Below are positions 52,815-61,305 of a DNA stretch of 61,305 nucleotides, piece after piece. A program made the translations under genes and the position numbers. Numbering within the stretch: position 1 is the first letter of the stretch; each line of letters begins with the position of its first letter. The notes under the pieces were generated by a model. The model was not told the DNA's origin. It saw only the letters and a program-made list of their open reading frames with translations, and did no database searches. This DNA comes from Eledone cirrhosa (taxonomy: Eukaryota), in the NCBI GenBank assembly GCA_964016885.1, contig CAXHJY010000380.1:1-61305 (forward strand). The letters are read 5' to 3'.

Positions 52815-53204
52815 AACATAAATTATCGAGATTCGCATTTCGGCCCACGAAATAACGAAAAACAACCTCCGAGATGTGAGGCAAGTGCTCAATGATTCAG
52901 ATGAACCAGAGCTATAACAAACGTTAAAGGCCAAACACAGTTAGACGATGGTTATCATTCGCATAGCCAAAAAAACGATCAAGTAATTCGGGTAGTGAAA
53001 ATTTACCCATTTTATATATATATATATATAAAATACACGCAAATACCCCGTTAAGGGTGAAAGCAGCGATTCTTTGCTTAAACTTTAATCTATTCTTATA
53101 ATAAATATTTGCTCTACGGGTTTATATATTATCCTTATCGAGCTCTCTTCGGATTTTAGTCTTCACATTTATTATTACTATATATATATATATATATATA
53201 TATA

Positions 53205-53393
53205 ACGAAGGAGTTGTGGTAAGGAACCAGATGGACCATAACGCACCAGCGTATTCAATACTTAGGGTAGTAGAGTGGGTGATAGGAAAATGTTTAACCG
53301 CGACGGCAGAGCTCAAGCTGTTTCGACGGCTATTTCTAGTCCAGAAATAGCCGTCGAAACGGCTTGAGCTCTGCCGTCGGGGTTAAACATTTT

Positions 53394-53398
<5 letters not shown>
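53205..53398 (-). mobile_element. Fold-back copy of the 24968 family in (TA)n
   Basis: Arms about 53283-53338/53343-53398. Confidence 0.8.
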
Positions 53399-53426
<28 letters not shown>

Positions 53427-53623
53427 CTGTGCCTGTATCGTAAAAAATGTCGACAGTATACATGATTAAGGAGAATGCCACAAACATTCAAAATGGAGGA
53501 TAAAAGAAACTAAAATTGATTGATTTCTAACTTTGTCTCTGTACTTGGTATTTAATAGGAAAATATTACGAAACTGCCTCATGTCAATATGGCGTCATCT
53601 TTACACACACTCACACATATATT

Positions 53624-53662
<39 letters not shown>

Positions 53663-54012
53663 ACATATTTACGTACGTACGCGCACCCATGCACACACGC
53701 TCTCTCACACACGCACTCTCACACACGCTCTCTCACACACGCTCTCTCACACACGCGCTCTCACACACGCGCTCTCACACACGCGCTCTCACACACTCGC
53801 TCTCACACACTCGCTCTCACACGCACGCGCGATCTTAAAGATTTTGAATAAAATCTTATGTTAAAATGAAATTGACGTTTATGAAGTGAAGACATGTTAA
53901 GTGAGACGGAAGTGTAAGATGTAGTTTATGAGAGACGATAGTAGTGAGATGTAGTTTATGAGAGACATGTTATAAGAGACGACAGTACATATGTATGTAT
54001 GTATGTAGATAT

Positions 54013-54092
54013 ATAGGCTGACCCCCAAAATACATACACATATTTATTAGAATGCTGTTGAAGTGTGTATACATTTTTGGGGACATCCTGTA
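54013..54092. mobile_element. Tc1/mariner-like MITE relic
   Basis: TATAGGCTGACCCCCAAAA ... TTTTGGGGACATCCTGTATA imperfect TIRs with TA ends. Confidence 0.5.
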
Positions 54093-54294
54093 TATTTTAT
54101 GTAAAGCATATATAAACTATACGTATTCAATATTGCTGTGGACTTGGCCCCTATATTTGTTAAATATTACCCTCAGAACGAGTTGCAAAATCCGAGAATT
54201 TGCAACTTTCAAACCTTGAAATATAAACGAGAAATTACTTATTGGCAGAATCAATAATGTATTGGAGAATATGTCTCATGCCGGGGTCAGCAGA

Positions 54295-54995
54295 CGATCT
54301 TTCGTCTTTCCAGTCGAGTAATACTTTTTTACCTGTTCCACCGCGATCTTTCACCTTTCCAGTGAAGTAATACTCTTTTACCTGTTCCACCCCGATCTTT
54401 CACCTTTCCAGTGAAGTAATACTCTTTTACCTGTTCCACCCCGATCTTTCACCTTTCCAGTGAAGTAATACTTTTATCTGTTCCACCCCGATCTTTCACC
54501 TTTCCAGTGAAGTAATACTCTTTTATCTGTTCCACCCCGATCTTTCACCTTTCCAGTGAAGTAATACTTTTATCTGTTCCACCCCGATCTTTCACCTTTC
54601 CAGTGAAGTAATACTCTTACCTGTTCCACCCCGATCTTTCACCTTTCCAGTGAAGTAATACTCTTTTATCTGTTCCACCCCGATCTTTCACCTTTCCAGT
54701 GAAGTAATACTTTTATCTGTTCCACCCCGATCTTTCACCTTTCCAGTGAAGTAATACTCTTTTATCTGTTCCACCCCGATCTTTCACCTTTCCAGTGAAG
54801 TAATACTTTTATCTGTTCCACCCCGATCTTTCACCTTTCCAGTGAAGTAATACTCTTACCTGTTCCACCCCGATCTTTCACCTTTCCAGTGAAGTAATAC
54901 TCTTTTATCTGTTCCACCCCGATCTTTCACCTTTCCAGTGAAGTAATACTCTTTTATCTGTTCCACCCCGATCTTTCATCTTCCTTGTCAAGTAA
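54295..54995. repeat. About 49-bp minisatellite, about 14 copies
   Basis: Unit GAAGTAATACTCTTTTA(C/T)CTGTTCCACCCCGATCTTTCACCTTTCCAGT, with 47-bp variants. Confidence 0.95.
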
Positions 54996-55994
54996 TGGAA
55001 ACTATTAAACCTACTGTTCCACCTCGAACACGTGAGGCCTTGATTCTATGTCAGTAATCATTTCTACTGCGGCGCTGAATGACAGAATCGGTAGAGCGAT
55101 CTGTTATTGTAATAAGTTAGAAATCTCTTTCATTGTTATCGTTGGTGTTGTGACTTGATTTATTGCGGAATGCCGTCTCTTCAAGCAATTCTTGCTTGGA
55201 TTATTATTCTTGCTATTCTAATGGAAGTGCTTCCTTTATTATAATGTTGTTATATTAATACAGACGAAGACAACTCAACCATTATATATCTTCACTATTT
55301 AGAGAAGACATTTTTGTTAATTTTTAAAAATATATATTTCATTTCTGCTCTGAATGTAAAAATACGTTCAGACATAAATACTTTGATGGAAGAAACCATA
55401 AAACTATTTTGTGATATTTTCTTACTATACTGTAGATTCTGAGTTCAATTCGTGTCACGATTAACGCTACTTTTAATTATTTCAGGCTCAATAAAACAAG
55501 TATTAGTCAATTTTATTAGTTTTAATATTTAAAAGTGTCGTAACTCAAAATTCGAAGAGCTTAGCTCTGATAATTATCATTTAAGCTTTGAAGTGTGTCA
55601 ACAAATTATGAGCCATAGACATTTGGACGTGACATTTTTAGACCACTTTGGTATATTCCGCTCAACGTGAATCGTAGACTGAAATGATGTCTTAGAAGTT
55701 CACTGAAATTGTGTGACAGTAGCGGATAGATTAAGTGTTTGTAAAAATCCTTTCATATACTCAATCAGTTCGACAAACATCGAATGGATTCCCCGAACGT
55801 CTCAATCGCAATAGAAACAGATTGCCAACCTCTAAAAACCCACACGGGGAGTACCATGAAAAAAAGTGCCCCAAAATGGGGAGATTTTACTTAATGAAAG
55901 CTATACCATTTTCACAAGAGAAGACATCTCTCATCCACCCAAAGTGGGTGGGAGATCTCCCTGTGGGCTGGGGAGAGTGACAGGTGTGTAGAAA

Positions 55995-56186
55995 TAATTG
56001 TTAATACCTTTAGGCACAAGGCCAGCAATTACTCCAGTGCATTACTGGTACTTCATTTTATCGACCCCGTAAGGATGAAAGGCAAAGTTAACCTCGGAGA
56101 GATTTGAACTCAGAATGGCAAGGACCGTAACTCTATGCGTCAAAGCATGGCGCCCGACCCTCTACCGATACTGCCAATTCACCGCC
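55995..56186 (-). mobile_element. tRNA-derived SINE with TSD
   Basis: Flanked by CAGGT(G/C)TGTAGAAATAAT. Confidence 0.9.
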
Positions 56187-56934
56187 CAGGTCTGTAGAAA
56201 TAATGTAGAGTACCCAGGTTTTCTAACAGCTGACTAAACACAGAAGTTTGTGATCTGTACTATCTGTGCCATGCATTAAGTTAAATAAATAGACTGTAGA
56301 CATAATTGCCGAGGACTTATTTTATCGTCATACTGATGTCCTCCGATGAATTATGTTTCCAAAAATTTACTTTTCTCTAATGCTATAAGGTTTGTGAAAT
56401 TGTGGATGTTAACATTGACTTGCTTCATAAATCTTCTGATGATTTTCTAGAGAAAAGTAGAAATTCCAGGAAAGACAATCTATCTGTGGAAGTATAAGGA
56501 TAGAAGTCAAACCCTCAGAAATTAAGTCCTTAGCCTGTTTATTTAATTAAATACTAATATTTCCGGCTTTGTTGTGCTTTCAACTCTTTAACATCACATT
56601 AATGCTTCTGGGGAAGAACATGATACTTATAACTGCCATTTCCTTCTTTATCTTGGACCTCATGCCATTCCGTCTCTCTATCTCTAGAGATGCTATGACA
56701 TCATCGTAAAACTATATCCGAAACCAAATATGTTACCAAGGGGAAGTATATATCTTTAAAGTCAGAATTAATGAGTAGATTTCGTGTAAAAAAATGTTAG
56801 TTGTAACACTGTAGTTTGTTAAATGTGGAATTATGTAACTTATGTGCAATTAGTGGGCGTGACAACAACAACAACAACAATAACAACGACAATTGCTAGA
56901 GAGTTGTATAAAATCCCATTGCTGTATTTATTGT

Positions 56935-57378
56935 GACTCCTTATGTTCTGAGTTAAATTCCCGCCGAGGTCAACTTTGCTTTTCACCCTTTCTGGTTCGA
57001 TAAAATGAAGTACCAGTCAAGTACTGGGGCCGATTTAAAAGATTTCCTCCCAATTACTGGCCTTGTCTCTAAATTAGAAACCAAGATACCCGCGTTCCAT
57101 TAACAAAATTAACGAGTAGTATAGCGAAGGAAAGAGTGACTGATTTGATCGTACATAACACGCCGAATCAAATTATTTGGCATTTATTTAGGTGGATTGG
57201 CAGTATCAGTAGGGCGTCAGACACCATGCTTTCCAGCATAGTTACGACCCTTTACGTTCTGAGTTCAAATCCCGCAGAGGTTAATTTTGCCTTTCATCCT
57301 TACGGAGTCGATAACATAAAGTACCTGTAATGCATTGGGGGTAATTGCTGGCCTTGTGCCAAAAGTAGAAACGATTAT
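56935..57378 (+). mobile_element. Two SINE copies (56935-57081 diverged, 57190-57378)
   Basis: Consensus matches; the second is flanked by TTTATTTAGGTGG. Confidence 0.85.
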
Positions 57379-57939
57379 TTATTTAGGTGGTTAAGCTTGT
57401 TTTAAACTATATGTTCTCCCTCATGGGGGTGGTGGATTGGCAGTATCGGTAAATTACCCAGCCCAAGAGAAAAATCAAAGAAAAGAATTTTATTGATAAA
57501 TTCAAACCCAAGCTAAATGAACAATAATAATAACTATGACTACGACCATGTCGACTACGACCACCACCACCAACAACAACAACAACAGCAGCAACAGCAA
57601 CAGCAACAACAACAACAACAACGACAATAATAATAATAATAATAATAAAAGTGATGTTGATAGTGATGATTACTAGAAAATGCTATTTTCATCATTTCTA
57701 AAAATAGCAAAACAATTGATGCTTTGGATATGATCAATTAGTGGTTGTTAGACATGCTCAAGCAACTGTGACGCTTGAACCAATCAGCTTTAGTAATTCA
57801 GTGAAACTACACACCGATTGGTCGAAATACAGTTTGGAAGATTTAGCATTCTGGAGCCACTTTTCACTGTATATAAAGTACAAAATTTACCCATCTCATT
57901 ACAGTTGAAAATTGCAAACTTGACTGTTACCACACATTA

Positions 57940-57978
57940 TGAACCTGAAGATTGCGAAAGCATGAAAGTACTTGTTCA
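57940..57978 (+). ncRNA. Minimal type I hammerhead ribozyme in a pLTR-like segment (about 57740-58090)
   Basis: TGAAC-CTGAAGA-T-TGC-GAAA-GCA-T-GAAA-GTAC-TT-GTTCA: 5-bp stem I, GNRA loop II, palindromic AAGTACTT. Confidence 0.85.
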
Positions 57979-58219
57979 AGTACTTAACATTTAATATTCT
58001 ATCATACTATTTCATTATAAATTTTAAAGGATTGTAAATAAAACGAGTAAATCAGACAAAGTTGGAATTCCTTTTATTAATATAATCTTCTATACACACT
58101 CATACATACCCGTGTATATTTATCTATCTATATATCTGTATATATAAGTATATATAGATATATATATGTGTGTGTATGTTTGTATGTATGTATCTATATA
58201 TCTATGTATGTATGGCTTT

Positions 58220-59110
58220 GGGCATTGCTTTATATCTGGAGATCTCTCTGCACTTGTCGTCACATGGTACCATAGGCCCAGCACTATGTGTCAATAATTG
58301 TCACAAGTGTAGTGTTTGTACCAAAGTTTTCAAGTCGCTGGCTGGACTAAAAAGTCAAACTCGTTCAGCGCATCGGTAGGGGTTCTCCTACATGGATATA
58401 AAGTAGTGGCCGTACTCGAAAACGAGTTGGCAGCCACCATGTGTATATATATATGTATGTATGTATGTATGTATAATGTTGTGTGTGTGTATGTATGTAT
58501 GTATATATGTCAGGTCACCAGTTGGTGCTACTGGTAACATGTATCCCAATACAACCTGTCTCATGGTCGGGTCGTTGGCGACTAAACTGGCAACCCCACC
58601 AAGGTTTCTTGGTGAGGAGGGTGACTTTGGACATCTTGCAGGATTAAAAACAAAACCTGTCAAAGGGTAAAGGACCTCTTAAGAGTCAATGGCCATCCAA
58701 AATCAACGGAAGAGATGACCCCTTAGCCTTTGTCAAGGCAGAATTCTAGGAGAAGGAAAACTCTGATATAACACCTGCAACTCTGATGGTATCCAATGAT
58801 GTTGACTTGTTCTTTTTTTTAGTAAATATCATCTTGGTTAAGAGAGTGGGACTGGCTTTGTGCAGAGCCTTTGCTCACTATAAAAGGTTCACTGCACAGG
58901 CATTGCTTTATATCTGGAGATCTCTCTGCACTTGTCGTCACATGGTACCATGGGCCCAGCACTGTGTCAATAATTGTCTCAAGTGTAGTGTTTGTGCCAG
59001 TTTTCAAGTCGTTGGCTGGACTAAAATGTCACTCGTTCAGCGCATCGGTAGGGGTTCTCCTACATTGATATAAAGTAGTGGCCGTACTCGAAAACGAGTT
59101 GGCAGCCACC
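58220..59110 (+). mobile_element. Two copies (3' fragment 58220-58439; full 58509-59110) of the RTE-tailed element
   Basis: Colinear with 26306-26905; flanked by (TATG)n. Confidence 0.8.
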
Positions 59111-59121
59111 ATATATCTATG

Positions 59122-59168
<47 letters not shown>

Positions 59169-59294
59169 CTATGTATGTGTATGTATGTGTGTATGTATAT
59201 ATGTATCTATGTATCTGTCTGTATGTATGTATATATAAGTGTATATACTCTTTTACTCTTTTACAATTGCCTCTTGTTTTGTTGGTTCATTTTC

Positions 59295-59367
<73 letters not shown>

Positions 59368-59371
<4 letters not shown>

Positions 59372-59492
59372 AAAATGTTTGACCCCGACGGCAGAGCTCA
59401 AACATTTTCCTATTACCCACTCTACTACCCTAACTATTGAGTACTCTGGTGCGTTATGGTCCACCTGGTTCCTTACCACACTTCCTTCGTAT
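59368..59492 (+). mobile_element. Fold-back fragment of the 24968 family in (TA)n
   Basis: TAGGAAAATGTTTGA...TCAAACATTTTCCTA plus tail. Confidence 0.75.
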
Positions 59493-59741
59493 AATATATA
59501 TATATATATATATATACATATATACATATATACATATATATATCTATATATATATACATATAATATACATATATATATCTATATATATATACATATACAT
59601 ATATATATCTATATATACATATATACATATATATATCTATCTATATATACATAGATATATATATGTATATATAGATAGATATATATATCTATATATACAT
59701 ATATACATATATCTATCTATCTATCTATATATATACACATA

Positions 59742-61305
59742 TAACTTTGAATAACTTTGAAATGTTTTGGCCAGTATTGGCCCAGGCCATGTCTAACTTA
59801 ATAGCACCACCTGGCGAAGTCTTTCAATTCAGGATTTGGGCACCATGGCCCATTCGAGAAGAGAATTACTGTTTGCGGAGACATATCCGGGTGTGGGTGG
59901 TTTGTCCGGGATTACTTGGAGGAATTTGTCCAAAGACTTCTTGAATTTTGTGTGGTCAGTTTCTGTTTTGACGTGTCCTGGTGTGATGTTGAAGAGAGCA
60001 GGGCCGATTGAGGTGAAATAATTGTGCCGTATTGTTGTTATGAGTTGCGATTTAGATTTTTGAATAGGACGGATAGCACGGGGCCCAAGCCTTGGGTGTA
60101 TCTTGAAGGCGATGCCAACATCATTTGGGCAGTGATGATGGAACATTTTCCACATCATGCAGATAATATAACGCTCAAGGCGACGTTGGAGTGAGTAAAG
60201 TTTCAGGTTTTCTAATCGACCCCAGTAGTCAAGGTCTGACATGCCATCTATCTTTTTCGTGATTGCCCTTTGAGGAGCTTCAAGTTTCATGATACTTTGT
60301 TTCGTGTGGGGAGACCACAGTGGACAACAGTATTCAAGGTGTGGTCGGGCAAAAGTAGAGAAGAGAAGGATAATGGTGCGGGAATCTCTCGACTGGAAGG
60401 TTCTGAGGATCCAGGAACACATTCTGCGGGCCATGTCAACTTTGCTGCTTATATGCGTGGTCCAGCTTATGTTTCTGTCCACGGTTACTCCCAAGTCTCT
60501 GATGTTGTTAGATGCCACGAGAGTTTCCCCGGAGGGAAGGGAGTACGGGAGTTTCAGAGCATCCTCTTTTCCAAAGTGGATCAGTTCGAATTTGTCTTCG
60601 TTCAGTAACATGTTGTTCTTTTCCGCCATTGGGTAACAGCCAGTAGGTCTGACTGAAGGCTTATCCGGTCATCCACGCCATTGATGACCTTTTGGAGCTT
60701 GGAATCATCAGCGAAAATTTTAATGTTGCTGTGTTTGATGATGTCATTAATATAGATGATGAAGAGAAGTGGGCCCAACACAGTGCCTTGTGGGACCCCA
60801 CTACTGACTTTGGCTGGGCTTGATTTGACTCCCTCAACTACAACATGTTGGGTTCTGTTTGACAGGAAGCTCTTGATCCACTGCAGCAGCTTTCCAGTGA
60901 CACCAATATTGGACAGCTTTCTCAGTAGAATGTTATGATCAACCCTGTCAAAGGCCTTGCTGAAATCAAGGTAGATAACATCAGTGTTGGAACCCTCTCC
61001 CAAGGCTCTCAAAATGTCATCAAAGTGATGCAGTAGCTGCGTCAGGCAATCCCTTCCATTACAGAATCCATGCTGGTTGGAGTTCAGCATATTGTTACTC
61101 TCAAGGAAGTGGGTCATTCGCGATCTCACCACTCTCTCAAGTACCTTAATGATATGAGAGGTGAGTGAGATTGGACGGTAATTCACGGCAAGGGATTTGT
61201 TTCCCTTTTTGAAAACTGGGACAACAGATTGGGATAGAAGGTTTTCTGGCACATATCCAGCATCCAGTGAGTTCCGCCACAGATTGGCAAGAGGAGATGC
61301 AAGTT
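59742..61305 (-). mobile_element. CR1-group LINE, ORF2 reverse transcriptase with one frameshift (about 60627), runs off the window
   Basis: VVPVFKKG..NYRPISLTS, QHGF, YLDFSKAFDRV, GVPQGTVLGPLLF, FADD in 60602-61252; RDLGV, RPHLEYC..LWSP, LYSLQRR in 59829-60629; short 3' UTR ending in a 10-bp repeat. Confidence 0.93.

Noticed and set aside
56430-56475. CTGATGA-TTTTCTAGAGAAAA-GTA-GAAA hammerhead-like string
   Set aside because: Three extra bases before GAAA and no convincing stem I or III; likely chance.
56280-56760. Possible old R4/Dong-like RT relic on the minus strand
   Set aside because: Only a weak SYKY-like match amid stops; a translated search is needed.
58509-58600. HDV-like ribozyme at the 5' end of the RTE-tailed element
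   Set aside because: P2 (CCAGT/ACTGG in the 26306 copy), a P4 hairpin and CTAA are suggestive, but I could not build valid P1, P3 and L3 by eye.

Overview
AT-rich, gene-poor animal genomic DNA. It is most likely an octopod cephalopod, inferred from the SINE family and the microsatellite load, but this is not proven. I found no host protein-coding exon, and nearly all listed ORFs are microsatellite translations. The window contains about 20 copies of a tRNA-derived SINE, several minisatellite arrays (55, 23, 22, 44, 72/73, 49 and 26 bp units), LINE relics (CR1-like RT, RTE, CRE, R4/Dong-like), MITE/Helitron relics and a 5'-truncated Penelope-like element (PLE) with a GIY-YIG ORF. The most striking signal is about 20 hammerhead-ribozyme (HHR) motifs from about 10 sequence families, most inside fold-back (5'-inverted) insertions in (TA)n. 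The best case is a 591-bp non-coding unit repeated about 5.15 times head-to-tail. Each unit carries a U3-A8 variant hammerhead with a palindromic stem III, and the array has a PLE-type inverted 5' end. It is a candidate circular-RNA retrozyme copied by PLE machinery. All folds and alignments were done by eye, and coordinates of degenerate elements are approximate.
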